From Saprospiraceae bacterium (GTDB lineage: Bacteria > Bacteroidota > Bacteroidia > Chitinophagales > Saprospiraceae): a stretch of 64,000 nt of DNA. The notes below the pieces were generated by a model. It did not search any database. It had not been told where the DNA came from and saw only the letters and a program-made list of their open reading frames with translations. A program made the translations under genes and the position numbers. Where the stretch lies: the NCBI GenBank assembly GCA_019187225.1, contig JABAQQ010000008.1, positions 16,601-80,600 on the forward strand, read 5' to 3'. Shown here one piece after another: positions 54,331 through 63,970 of the stretch (its first letter is position 1; each line of letters begins with the position of its first letter).

Positions 54331-55320
54331 ATGCTCATCGAAAAAATACCGCTACGCCGGTTTTCCCGGTTCGTCATTGGCTACATGGTGCTGGCCTTTG
54401 CATGGTGGACGTACAGCCTTTGGCAGCAAAACGACCGAATATACGAATTGGAAAAACAGGCGCTGGAAACGCGCTTCACCCGCGGCAACAAAGGCGTCAA
54501 CCTGACGCAATTGTACGAGACCGCCGAGTATAAAAAGATCGAGCGCAACTGGCACAAAGGCCACCGGATGGTGATCGCCGAAGGTTTGTTCTTCACCGCC
54601 TGCCTGATCTTCGGCCTGTGGGTCATCAACCGCAGCGCCAACCGGGAAGTGACGTTGGCGCGCCAGCGCCGTAATTTCCTGCTGAGCATCACCCACGAAC
54701 TGAAATCGCCGATCGCTTCCGTACGCTTGGTGTTAGAAACCCTCAGCAGACGCGAACTGTCCCGCGAACAAATCGAAAAACTCTGCAAAAGCGGCCTCAA
54801 AGACGCCAACCGCCTCCAGCAATTGGTGGAAGACCTGTTGCTCGCCGCACGGCTCGAAGACAACTGGCGCCCCCTGCGCGAACCTGTTGACCTGCCCGCA
54901 CTCGCCCGCGACGTGGTTTCCGGTCTGCACGTCCGCTTCCCTGAAGCGAACATTCAACTGCGATTCCCGAATAACTTCCCGCCCGTTCAGGCCGACAAGT
55001 CGGGTCTGACCGCCATCGTCCAGAACCTGTTGGAAAATGCCGTAAAATATTCACCCGAAGGCGCACTGATCGAGCTATCCGCCGAGCATAAAGACGGCGC
55101 CTTCCGACTCCGGGTCACCGACGAGGGACGCGGCATCCCCGATGCGGAAAAGCAGGCCGTTTTTGAAAAATTCTACCGCCTCGGCAACGAAGAAACCCGG
55201 CAGGCGACCGGCACCGGCCTGGGGCTTTATATTGTCAACCAGGTCGTAAAAGCGCACAGCGGAACCCTCCGGGTGGAGGACAACAAACCGCAGGGGACGG
55301 TGTTTGAGATCGAGATGTAA
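54331..55320 (+). CDS. sensor histidine kinase (two TM segments, HisKA, HATPase_c)
   Basis: H-box LLSITHELKSPIASV, N-box QNLLENAVKYS, G-boxes DEGRGIP and GTGLGLYIV. Confidence 0.9.
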   Translation: MLIEKIPLRRFSRFVIGYMVLAFAWWTYSLWQQNDRIYELEKQALETRFTRGNKGVNLTQLYETAEYKKIERNWHKGHRMVIAEGLFFTACLIFGLWVINRSANREVTLARQRRNFLLSITHELKSPIASVRLVLETLSRRELSREQIEKLCKSGLKDANRLQQLVEDLLLAARLEDNWRPLREPVDLPALARDVVSGLHVRFPEANIQLRFPNNFPPVQADKSGLTAIVQNLLENAVKYSPEGALIELSAEHKDGAFRLRVTDEGRGIPDAEKQAVFEKFYRLGNEETRQATGTGLGLYIVNQVVKAHSGTLRVEDNKPQGTVFEIEM

Positions 55321-55385
55321 GGCCTCTATTGCTTTACCTATCTTCTCTGATGACCCATTGCCATTGAAAAGTCCGGACTACAACA

Positions 55386-56306
55386 ATGACAACCGCATCA
55401 GCTTACTCCTTTCTCATCCAACAACTCAGCCCCCGCTACGGCCCCGGCGAAGCGGCGGCCATCGCGCGTATTGTCCTGGAAGATGTGTTTGGGGCAGAGG
55501 GTAGAAGGTGGACGGTAGACGGTGGAGGGCAGACGGTAGACGGTTTATCCGCCGAAGCCCCCGTGAAGGCGGAGGGATGGACGGCGACAGAAGTGGAACA
55601 ATTGAAAAACATCACCGCCCGGCTGATAAGCGGCGAACCAGTGCAGTACGTGCTCGGCCAGGCGGATTTTTTCGGCCTGAAATTCAAAGTGAATCCCGCC
55701 GTGCTGATTCCCCGGCAGGAAACGGAAGAACTCGTGGCATGGATACTGGAGCATCTGAAAAACAGTAGGATAGAACACCCCGCCGTGCTCGACATCGGCT
55801 TAGGCAGCGGCTGTATCGGCCTCACGCTGAAGAAAAAATTCCCCGGACTGCAATTGTTCGGCCTGGAAAAAAGTCCCGCCGCGCTGGAAGTGGCAACAGA
55901 AAATGCCCGCCGCATCCTGGGCGAAGATGCGACGTTCCAGTTTGTCGAAGGCGATGTCTTCGACTACCGCGTTTGGGTTAAATTTCCTTTTTTAGACGTA
56001 GTCGCAAGCAACCCGCCCTACATTCCGAACGTACAGAAAAGTATCATGCCCGAACACGTGACGGCGCACGAACCCGCATTGGCCCTGTTCGTGGACGATG
56101 AGGACCCGCTGTCGTTCTATCGCGTGATCGCGGATTTTTCTTTACAAAAACTTAAACCCTGCGGCGCACTTTTTTTTGAATGCAACGAGTTCAACGCCGG
56201 CGAAGTCGCAGCATTGTTACAGGAAAAAGGATTTGTTCGGGTAGAATTGCGCAAAGACCTCGCGGGCGCAGAAAGAATGGTATGCGGGATGGTTGCGCGG
56301 CATTAA
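55386..56306 (+). CDS. prmC: peptide chain release factor N5-glutamine methyltransferase
   Basis: VLDIGLGSGCIG, VASNPPYI, EPALALF. It contains a repeat-derived insert, GRRWTVDGGGQTVDGLSAEAP. Confidence 0.85.
   Translation: MTTASAYSFLIQQLSPRYGPGEAAAIARIVLEDVFGAEGRRWTVDGGGQTVDGLSAEAPVKAEGWTATEVEQLKNITARLISGEPVQYVLGQADFFGLKFKVNPAVLIPRQETEELVAWILEHLKNSRIEHPAVLDIGLGSGCIGLTLKKKFPGLQLFGLEKSPAALEVATENARRILGEDATFQFVEGDVFDYRVWVKFPFLDVVASNPPYIPNVQKSIMPEHVTAHEPALALFVDDEDPLSFYRVIADFSLQKLKPCGALFFECNEFNAGEVAALLQEKGFVRVELRKDLAGAERMVCGMVARH
55499..55559. repeat. GGTGGAC/GGTAGAC repeat block plus GGTTTATCCGCCGAAGCC tail, inside prmC
   Basis: ggtagaaggtggacggtagacggtggagggcagacggtagacggtttatccgccgaagcc. Confidence 0.85.
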
Positions 56307-56370
56307 ACCTTATACCAGGGGAACAGTCGAATCTTTTTACCGCGTGTTGTGACCTACGCTTCGTAGTAGT

Positions 56371-56467
56371 AGTGGGAACTCGGATGACGCGGATCAGGCG
56401 GATTTTCACAGATATTTTTTTAAAATCCGCTTTTATCCGCCTGATCCGCGTCATCCGAGTTCCCACT
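56371..56467. mobile_element. MITE-like palindromic element, family 1, copy 2 (perfect 32-nt arms)
   Basis: gtgggaactcggatgacgcggatcaggcggat...atccgcctgatccgcgtcatccgagttcccac. Confidence 0.8.
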
Positions 56468-56557
56468 GTTATCGCGTTGGATCCGTTACAACCTGAGTTG
56501 TTTATTCTTATTCCACATCAAACCACTTTTTGCCGACTATTTCCAACAGATTTATCC

Positions 56558-56746
56558 ATGAAATTGAATCTCCTCTCCAAACTGGGCCGTCTCGTATCGA
56601 ACGTCGAAAACGAGGCGTATTACAACGAGGCGCATGAGACCTCGGAGCCTGTTTTCTGGCTCGTTTTCGGCATGGCGATGGTGATCGCCGTCGTATCGCT
56701 TTATGTGGCCATGCCCCTGCGGCGGTGGCTGGGCGCGCGCATGTAA
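56558..56746 (+). CDS. small hypothetical membrane protein (62 aa)
   Basis: MKLNLLSKLGRLVSNVENEAYYNEAHETSEPVFWLVFGMAMVIAVVSLYVAMPLRRWLGARM, with one TM helix. It is only the distal part of the 56180-56746 ORF. Confidence 0.35.
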   Translation: MKLNLLSKLGRLVSNVENEAYYNEAHETSEPVFWLVFGMAMVIAVVSLYVAMPLRRWLGARM

Positions 56747-56815
56747 ATTCCACTTCCAACAGCTGCAACCACCACACAGGAGGGCTGTCTTTTGCATTCA
56801 GCAAAACCCTCCTGC

Positions 56816-59479
56816 ATGAAAAATGCCTCTCTGTTCCTGCCTGCCCTCCTCATTCCAATCGTAAACCTGCCTGCGCAACCGCCCAAGGCAGAAATCACTA
56901 AAAAACTGTATTTCACGGAATTGGCCGACGACAACGCCATCGAGTTCGACGGCATCCCGAATGAGGCCGCCTGGGAAAAAGTAACCTGGGGCGGCGAATT
57001 TATTCAGTATCAACCCCACGAGAATACGCCGCCCTATCAGCCTACCCAATTCAAGATACTTTATACGCAAAAGCACCTGGTCATCGGCTATCGCTGTTTC
57101 GACGTGTCGCCCGACAGCATCGTACAGCGCATGAGCCGGCGAGACGAATTTCCCGGCGATTGGGTGGAGATCAACATTGACAGTTACCACGACCTGCGCA
57201 CGGCCTTTTCGTTCACCTTGTCGGTGAGCGGGGTAAAAGGCGACGAGTTCATCTCGGACAACGGCAACAACTGGGATACCAACTGGAACCCCATCTGGTA
57301 TGCCAAAACGAATGTGGACAGCTTAGGCTGGACGGCAGAGGTCAAGATCCCGTTCAGCCAATTGCGCTACGGCAACCAGGGCGATCCCGTGTGGGGCATC
57401 CAGGTGCAACGGCGCATTTTCAGGCAGGAAGAGCGCTCCACCTGGCAATACATTCCCCGCAATGCCGGCGGCTGGGTCAGCGGCTTCGGCGAATTGCACG
57501 GCCTGTGCGACCTGCCCTCCGGAAAGCAGATCGAGTTGGCACCTTACGTTGTGGCGCAGGCGGAACGTTTCGAAAAACAGGATGGCAATCCCTTCGCCGA
57601 CGGCTCCAGCAACCGCTTCAGCGCAGGTTTGGACGGCAAACTGGCCGTCACGAGAGACCTCATCCTCGACTTCACCATCAACCCCGATTTTGGGCAGGTG
57701 GAGGCCGACCCTGGCGCCGTGCGGCTCGACGGCTACCAGATCTTTTTCAGCGAACGGCGGCCCTTTTTTATGGAAAGCCGCAACCTGTTCGATTACCGCC
57801 TCACGGGATCGGAAGCGGGCGGCGATTACGACTCCGACCTGCTTTTTTACTCCCGCCGCATCGGCGGAGCGCCCCATGGTTATCCCAACGTGGCCAAGGG
57901 AGAGTATGCCGACGTGCCGCAGCGCACATCCATCCTCGGCGCGGCCAAATTCAGCGGAAAAACAAAAAAAGGCTGGTCGCTGGGCATCCTGGAAAGTGTG
58001 ACGCAACGGGAAATGGCCACCATTGACCACAGCGGCGAGCAACGCGACGAACTCGTCGAGCCGCTCACCAACTATTTCGTCGGGCGGGTGATGAAAGACT
58101 ACGACCAGGGAAATACCATTTTTGGCGGCATCGTGACGGCGGTCAACCGGGAAAAAGGGCTGGACTGGCTCCATCGAAGCGCTTATTCGGGCGGGCTCGA
58201 TTTTCAGCGCTTCTGGAAAAATCGCTGGTGGTACGTCAGGACGAATGCGCTCTTCAGCCGGGTGGAAGGCAGCGAAAATGCCATTCTTCAAACGCAGACC
58301 GGTTTCGTGCACCTGTTCCAGCGCACCAATGCAGGTCACCTCTCGGTAGACAGCACCCGCACTTCACTCAGCGGCACGGGCGGCACTTTTCGCATCGGCA
58401 AGATCGGCGGCAAACCCGACAAACGCGGCGGGGTGTTCAAATTTGAATCGGGCGTCACCTGGCGCTCACCCGAATTCGAACCAAACGACGTGGGATTCCT
58501 GCTGGCCGCCGACGAGATCAACCATTTTACCTGGGCCGGCTACCAGATTCAAAAACCGTTCTCCATTTTTCGCAATTGCCGCATCAACTACAACCATTGG
58601 GCGCGCTGGGATTTCGGCGGGCAATTTCTGAATTCGACGTTCAATACCAACGCCCACGCCTGGTTTAAAAACAACTGGTACATCGGATCGGGAATGAACT
58701 GGAACCCACTCGACATTTCCAACAATGCGCTCCGCGGCGGCTCCTCCTTGCGGCGGCCACCGGGCATGAGCACCTGGGCGTACTTAGAGACCGACAACCG
58801 GAAAAAAGTGTCTTTTTCGCTCAATACGTCTTTTGCCTGGGGCTTCGGAGAAACGGTGCGCGCGCAGGACTATTCAGGCGGCGTGAATTTCCAACCCCTC
58901 GACGCCCTGCGCATCGGTCTTTACCCGGGATACAGCCACTACTGGCGCAAACAAGACCAGTACGTCGCACAGGCCGATCTCGACGGCGAACTGCGCACCA
59001 TCGTCAGCGAAGTGAAGCAGCGCAGTTTTTCGCTTACCGCCCGCCTCAACTACAACATCACTCCCGATCTGACGGTGCAATACTACGGGCAGCCATTCAT
59101 TTTCAGGGCTTTGTATCAAAATTACGGCTACGTCACCGATCCGCTGAACAAAACGTACGACGCGCGTTTTCACCGCTACGGCGCGCAGGAGATCAGTTTT
59201 GCCGGTGATCAGTATTTTGTGGATGAAAACGGCGACGGCGCGACGGATTACGCCTTCGGCAAGCCCGATTTTAATTTCATTCAGTTCCGCTCGAACTTAG
59301 TGGTGCGCTGGGAATACATTCCCGGTTCGGAAGTCTATCTCGTGTGGTCGCAGGGCAGCACGCCGGACGCTTATGCCGATCTGGATACCCCGCTGCTGCG
59401 CAGCCTGCTCGACAACGTCTTCGAACAAAAGCCTCAGAATATATTTTTGGTAAAATTCACCTACCGGTTCTTATTGTAA
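56816..59479 (+). CDS. CBM9-like / DUF5916 domain outer-membrane-type protein
   Basis: Signal peptide and an N-terminal IEFDGIPNEAAWEKV...FIQYQP module, followed by a long beta-rich region ending in an aromatic C terminus (KFTYRFLL). Confidence 0.6.
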   Translation: MKNASLFLPALLIPIVNLPAQPPKAEITKKLYFTELADDNAIEFDGIPNEAAWEKVTWGGEFIQYQPHENTPPYQPTQFKILYTQKHLVIGYRCFDVSPDSIVQRMSRRDEFPGDWVEINIDSYHDLRTAFSFTLSVSGVKGDEFISDNGNNWDTNWNPIWYAKTNVDSLGWTAEVKIPFSQLRYGNQGDPVWGIQVQRRIFRQEERSTWQYIPRNAGGWVSGFGELHGLCDLPSGKQIELAPYVVAQAERFEKQDGNPFADGSSNRFSAGLDGKLAVTRDLILDFTINPDFGQVEADPGAVRLDGYQIFFSERRPFFMESRNLFDYRLTGSEAGGDYDSDLLFYSRRIGGAPHGYPNVAKGEYADVPQRTSILGAAKFSGKTKKGWSLGILESVTQREMATIDHSGEQRDELVEPLTNYFVGRVMKDYDQGNTIFGGIVTAVNREKGLDWLHRSAYSGGLDFQRFWKNRWWYVRTNALFSRVEGSENAILQTQTGFVHLFQRTNAGHLSVDSTRTSLSGTGGTFRIGKIGGKPDKRGGVFKFESGVTWRSPEFEPNDVGFLLAADEINHFTWAGYQIQKPFSIFRNCRINYNHWARWDFGGQFLNSTFNTNAHAWFKNNWYIGSGMNWNPLDISNNALRGGSSLRRPPGMSTWAYLETDNRKKVSFSLNTSFAWGFGETVRAQDYSGGVNFQPLDALRIGLYPGYSHYWRKQDQYVAQADLDGELRTIVSEVKQRSFSLTARLNYNITPDLTVQYYGQPFIFRALYQNYGYVTDPLNKTYDARFHRYGAQEISFAGDQYFVDENGDGATDYAFGKPDFNFIQFRSNLVVRWEYIPGSEVYLVWSQGSTPDAYADLDTPLLRSLLDNVFEQKPQNIFLVKFTYRFLL

Positions 59480-60460
59480 AACCGCTTCGATCCGCGCGAG
59501 TTCTTCCTTGTCGAATTGCAGGTTTTCGAGGCATTTCAGCGAATCCGCTAATTGCTCCGGGCGGCTGGCGCCGATGAGTACCGAAGTGATGCGCGGGTCT
59601 TTTAAAAGCCAGGCCAGGGCCATTTGAGCGAGCGACTGTCCCCGGTCGCGGGCGATGGCGTCGAGCGCCCGGATCTGGCGGATTCGGTCTTCCGAAATCG
59701 CGCTTTCCTGCAAAGCGCCGTGCGGCTTGGCCGCCCGCGAATCAGCGGGAATACCGCCTAAGTATTTGTTTGTCAGCAATCCTTGCGCCAAAGGTGAAAA
59801 CGGAATGCAGCCCACCCCTTCCTTTTCCAGCAGATCGAGCAGGCCGTTTTCCACCCAGCGCACAAACATGGAATATTTCGGCTGATGAATGAGACAAGGC
59901 GTGCCGAGTTGTTTCAAAATGCGCAACGCTTCACGCGCTTCCTCCACCTCGTAGTTGGAAATGCCGACATAAAGCGCCTTCCCCTGCCGCACGATCAGAT
60001 CGAGCGCCGACATGGTTTCTTCCAGCGGCGTATCGGGGTCGGGGCGGTGGCTGTAAAAGATGTCCACGTAATCCAGCCCCATGCGCTTCAGGCTCTGGTC
60101 GAGACTGGCGACGAGGTATTTTTTGGAGCCCCATTCGCCGTAAGGGCCTTCCCACATATGATAACCCGCCTTGGTAGAAATGATCATTTCGTCGCGGTAT
60201 CCCCTGAAATCCATGCGCAGGATGCGGCCGAAGTTCTCTTCCGCCGAGCCGGGCGGCGGGCCGTAGTTGTTGGCGAGGTCGAAGTGCGTGATGCCCGCAT
60301 CGAAAGCCATCCGCAGCATGGCACGGCAATTCTCCAGCACATCCACATGGCCGAAATTGTGCCACAGGCCAAGCGATATTTCCGGCAACCGGATGCCGCT
60401 GCGCCCGCAGCGACGGTATTGCATAGACTGGTAGCGTTGGGGGGAAGGCAGGTAGGTCAT
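59471..60460 (-). CDS. aldo/keto reductase (YghZ / L-glyceraldehyde-3-phosphate reductase-like)
   Basis: GITHFDLANNYG, ISTKAG, ALYVGISNY, and the rest of a 329-aa AKR body. Confidence 0.85.
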   Translation of the reverse strand: MTYLPSPQRYQSMQYRRCGRSGIRLPEISLGLWHNFGHVDVLENCRAMLRMAFDAGITHFDLANNYGPPPGSAEENFGRILRMDFRGYRDEMIISTKAGYHMWEGPYGEWGSKKYLVASLDQSLKRMGLDYVDIFYSHRPDPDTPLEETMSALDLIVRQGKALYVGISNYEVEEAREALRILKQLGTPCLIHQPKYSMFVRWVENGLLDLLEKEGVGCIPFSPLAQGLLTNKYLGGIPADSRAAKPHGALQESAISEDRIRQIRALDAIARDRGQSLAQMALAWLLKDPRITSVLIGASRPEQLADSLKCLENLQFDKEELARIEAVLQ

Positions 60461-60496
60461 TTTCGTTGAATTTGAGGCGAAATGTAGGGGTAATTG

Positions 60497-60635
60497 GGGT
60501 AATTAACGCAAGTTGTGACCAGCCCCGGAGGGGCGAAATATTTGTAGAAAAGTGATGGTGTTGTCCAATAAAATTCGGATACTCCTACAAATATTTAGCC
60601 CCTCCGGGGCTGGTCACAACTTGCGTTAATTACCC
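60497..60635. mobile_element. MITE-like palindromic element, family 2 (about 50-nt arms)
   Basis: gggtaattaacgcaagttgtgaccagccccggaggggcgaaatatttgtag pairs with ctacaaatatttagcccctccggggctggtcacaacttgcgttaattaccc. Confidence 0.8.
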
Positions 60636-60644
60636 TTATTGACC

Positions 60645-62222
60645 TCACATCGAACTCGCCGATTTGAATATCCGGTTCCAGTTGATGCCCTCGCGCATGT
60701 TGCCGTTTTTGGTCGAGAACCAGATAAAGAGCGGTTTGCCCACGATGTGGTCTTCTGGCACATAGCCCCAGATGCGGGAATCCTCCGAGTTGTGGCGGTT
60801 GTCGCCCATCATCCAGTAGTAATCCTGTTTGAACGTGTAGGAATTCGTTTCCTGGCCGTTGATGAAAATTTTTCCGTCGCGCACTTCGAGTTGATTGCCT
60901 TCGTAAGCTGCGATCACCCGCACGTAAAAGGGCAGGTTGTCCAAATTGAGCGGCGTCGTCACACCTTTTTTGGGGATAAAGATGGGGCCGTAATCATCCA
61001 CCGTCCAGCCGCCGTAGCGTTTGGAGTCATTGGGGAAAACGTAGCCGGGTTCGCGGTCCTGCGGGATGCGGGAGACCTGGATGTTGGGGCCCAGCGATTT
61101 GATTTTCCGCACCTGTTCGTCGTCGAGGTTGAACAAACCCCGGCTGGCCAGCATCCTGTCCTGCTCGCTGCTTAACGAAACGCCCCACTCCTCCAGTTTT
61201 TTCAGGTTGACGTTTTGCGGCGTTACCTGGTATAAAAACTGGCGGTGTGTGGGATTTTGCGCCGGCACGCCGTTGATGAAGAGTTGCCCGTCGCGGATGG
61301 AAAGACTGTCGCCCGGCAATCCCACGCAGCGCTTGATGTAATGGTCTTTTTTGTCCACCGGGCGGGTGATGACCTCCATACCCGGCGGGATCTTGCCGCC
61401 GGTTTGCTGCTTTAGTTGGAACACGGCCCAACTGCGCTCCGGCGTAAGCACGACGCTGTCGCCTGCCGGCCAGTTGAACACCACCGGTTCGTTGTGGTCA
61501 ATTTTTTCGATGGCGGGAAGGCGGTAATAGGAAAGGGAGGGTTTTTTGGTGTACGATTCGCCGAGATTGAACGGCAAGCGGTTGTGCATCAAGGGAAACT
61601 GCACGACAGTCATCGGTGTGCGGATACCGTAATGAGCTTTGCTGACGAACAAAAAGTCGCCGACTTTCAGGGTGCCTTCCATCGAGGGCGTCGGGATGAC
61701 GTAGGCTTCGATCAGGAACATCCGGATGAACGCTGCGGCGAATACGGCAAAAATGATGGCTTCCGTCCATTCGCGGAGCTGCGATTTGTGCATGTAAGCG
61801 TACTCCGTTTCGATTTTTTTCAGCGCCAGTTTGTCGTTTTTTTCCACAGCTTCGTGGTGCAGGCGGTGGAACTCGCGTTCGCGCTCCAGGATGGGGCCTT
61901 CGTAGCGGCTGTTTTTATCGAGACCGATCTGAAAAAATGGAATGGGCGCGTAGATCACCGCCATTGCCGCCTGCCAGAAACTGTGTTTGCCGAACGACCG
62001 TACCATATCGATCACCATTCCCGCATAGATAAAAATATTGACGATCGGGAACAGGAACCACCAGGCGTAGCGGGGTTTGCGGCCGATCATTTTGCACCAT
62101 TCGACAGCAGCCAGGCCCGGTACCAGCGCCTTCCAGCCGGGAATACCCGCCTTTTCAAACAGTTTCATCATGCTCACGCCGAGCAGGATATACAAAACGA
62201 CAAGGAAAATCAGGACTGACAT
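60645..62222 (-). CDS. lepB: signal peptidase I (S26), long Bacteroidota form with N-terminal DUF5684-like membrane domain
   Basis: SMEGTLKVGDFLFV (catalytic Ser), YIKRCVGLPGD (Lys), GDNRHNSEDSRIWGYVPEDHIVGKP. Confidence 0.9.
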   Translation of the reverse strand: MSVLIFLVVLYILLGVSMMKLFEKAGIPGWKALVPGLAAVEWCKMIGRKPRYAWWFLFPIVNIFIYAGMVIDMVRSFGKHSFWQAAMAVIYAPIPFFQIGLDKNSRYEGPILEREREFHRLHHEAVEKNDKLALKKIETEYAYMHKSQLREWTEAIIFAVFAAAFIRMFLIEAYVIPTPSMEGTLKVGDFLFVSKAHYGIRTPMTVVQFPLMHNRLPFNLGESYTKKPSLSYYRLPAIEKIDHNEPVVFNWPAGDSVVLTPERSWAVFQLKQQTGGKIPPGMEVITRPVDKKDHYIKRCVGLPGDSLSIRDGQLFINGVPAQNPTHRQFLYQVTPQNVNLKKLEEWGVSLSSEQDRMLASRGLFNLDDEQVRKIKSLGPNIQVSRIPQDREPGYVFPNDSKRYGGWTVDDYGPIFIPKKGVTTPLNLDNLPFYVRVIAAYEGNQLEVRDGKIFINGQETNSYTFKQDYYWMMGDNRHNSEDSRIWGYVPEDHIVGKPLFIWFSTKNGNMREGINWNRIFKSASSM

Positions 62223-62234
62223 AAGAGATGGAGG

Positions 62235-62311
62235 TTTTCGATTGCGGCAGGTAGGAAAAAAGGCGTTTTTTTACGAAAAACGCCTTTTTTCCTACCTGCC
62301 GCAATCGAAAA
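62235..62311. repeat. perfect 77-nt palindrome (36-nt arms, 5-nt loop)
   Basis: ttttcgattgcggcaggtaggaaaaaaggcgttttt - ttacg - aaaaacgccttttttcctacctgccgcaatcgaaaa. Confidence 0.9.
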
Positions 62312-62470
62312 CCGTTAATTAATTGATTGAAAAATAATGAACGGCGCGAAGGTATTGCGCGACCGTTCTGTGCAACTCATGCTTCGACGAGTTTTAGAAA
62401 AAAATCGTTTTTCGCATCACTTTCAATGTACGAGTAACGATTGGCAATTATTCACTCCGTTAAAACTGTA

Positions 62471-62547
62471 AATAAAATCCCGCAGGCGGCCCAAAATTCG
62501 ATTTTTCCCGGAAAAATCGAATTTTGGGCCGCCTGCGGGATTTTATT
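62471..62547. terminator. perfect 77-nt palindrome overlapping the stop of the upstream gene; probable terminator
   Basis: aataaaatcccgcaggcggcccaaaattcgatttttcc - c - ggaaaaatcgaattttgggccgcctgcgggattttatt. Confidence 0.6.
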
Positions 62548-63934
62548 CCCCTGCCACTTTCCGCCGCTTGCGCCGCGTTTTGAACATTTCCACCACCTCT
62601 TTATCGGTCAGAAAACCGAAATCCACGAATTGGGTAGAAACGAATCTTTTCACGTCCTGGTAATCTTTGGCGCGTTTGTCGGTGAACCGCTTGAGCAATT
62701 TGCCGACGTAGTTCAGCGAAAGTTTTTCGACATCCTGGTTGAACTGCTGATTGCCAAATATTTTCATGTAAATGGCAAATATCTTGGTCAGTTCGAAGTA
62801 ATCGGCATATTCGCGTTCGGTCAGGCCGTTGATCAGGCGGGTAAAGTAGGTCAGCACCAATTGACGCAGGCACTCACTTTCCACCGATAAACCCTTGTGG
62901 GTGTTGTAGAAATCCTGCACGGCCTCGATGGAGTCGGGATGCACGTAGCCGAGGCTGTGGATCTTGTCGGCAATGCGATAATAGTCCGAAATTTTGTCCT
63001 TCCAGTTTTTGTCTATGGCAGCGCTCATGCGCTCGTCGCTGGCGGAATTGATGCCGGGCGACTGGTACAGAGACAAAAGGAAGCGCAGGTAGCGCACGTC
63101 GAATTCGGCAAAAGAGCGGCGTTCGCGCTCGAAGTGCGTCGCAAAAGCCAGGCGTTCTGCCGGGTCGAGATCGGAATAGTTGCCGTACATCGCCAGCATT
63201 TCCAGATATTCTTCCGTTGCCTGAAAACTTTTGTTGTCCAGGAAATCCTTCATCTGCGTTTTCAGGCTTTCGTTCACACCGCCCACTTCGAAACGTTTGA
63301 GCAGAAACTGGCGCAAAGCCGAAAAATTGGCCTTCATTTCGCCTAAGGACGTGGGAAAATCCGCCGAATAATACAGTTCATTGCGGAACTGGTTGGAATA
63401 ACGGCGGTAGAGGTCGGCGCGCTCTTTGACGTCGCGGTAGCGGTCGTTTTTCAGTTGCTGGAGGAAATACCGGATGCGTTTGTTTTCCACCAGGCTCATC
63501 AGGTTGGTGATCCAGATGTCGCTGCTCAGCGCAAAGCCCACGGTGATACTCTGTCCGATGCGCTTTTTCAGCTGCTCGAAGTGAACGCTGTGGCATATCG
63601 CCAACAGGATGTCCTTGAAGTGGTCATTGGGACGCACGTATTTGTACTGATCGTTGATTTCGCCCCGCAGGACCGCGTAGCCGAGCACGCGCGGGAGGTA
63701 CAGCCCCTCGAACGGCGGCTCCAGGAGATATTTTTCAAAAGTGACCAGTTGCAAAGGCGCTTCTGCGGCCACCTGGTGGTGCAGGTCGGACAACGGCGGC
63801 TCGAATTCCTGGCGGAGCGCGTTGTAGTATTCGTCCTCTTCTTCTTCGAGGTACATGGCCAGGTTGGGCGATTCCTGGATGGTCACCGCGATTTCATTCA
63901 GGCGGTCGTAATATTGCTCGTCTAAGGGTTGCAT
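62543..63934 (-). CDS. hypothetical protein (463 aa, soluble, helical-looking)
   Basis: Long clean ORF with normal composition. No family recognised. Confidence 0.55.
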   Translation of the reverse strand: MQPLDEQYYDRLNEIAVTIQESPNLAMYLEEEEDEYYNALRQEFEPPLSDLHHQVAAEAPLQLVTFEKYLLEPPFEGLYLPRVLGYAVLRGEINDQYKYVRPNDHFKDILLAICHSVHFEQLKKRIGQSITVGFALSSDIWITNLMSLVENKRIRYFLQQLKNDRYRDVKERADLYRRYSNQFRNELYYSADFPTSLGEMKANFSALRQFLLKRFEVGGVNESLKTQMKDFLDNKSFQATEEYLEMLAMYGNYSDLDPAERLAFATHFERERRSFAEFDVRYLRFLLSLYQSPGINSASDERMSAAIDKNWKDKISDYYRIADKIHSLGYVHPDSIEAVQDFYNTHKGLSVESECLRQLVLTYFTRLINGLTEREYADYFELTKIFAIYMKIFGNQQFNQDVEKLSLNYVGKLLKRFTDKRAKDYQDVKRFVSTQFVDFGFLTDKEVVEMFKTRRKRRKVAGE

Positions 63935-63970
63935 GTGTGAGAGTCGTGAGAGTGTGAGAGTCGTAAGAGT
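63935..63970. repeat. short tandem repeat (GTGAGAGTC/GTGAGAGT)
   Basis: gtgtgagagtcgtgagagtgtgagagtcgtaagagt lies directly next to the start codon at 63934. Confidence 0.8.

Noticed and set aside
56180-56557. The N-terminal two thirds of the 188-aa ORF 56180-56746.
   Set aside because: It overlaps the prmC 3-prime end out of frame and reads straight through the palindromic element. Only the distal 62 codons were kept, as a low-confidence small membrane protein.
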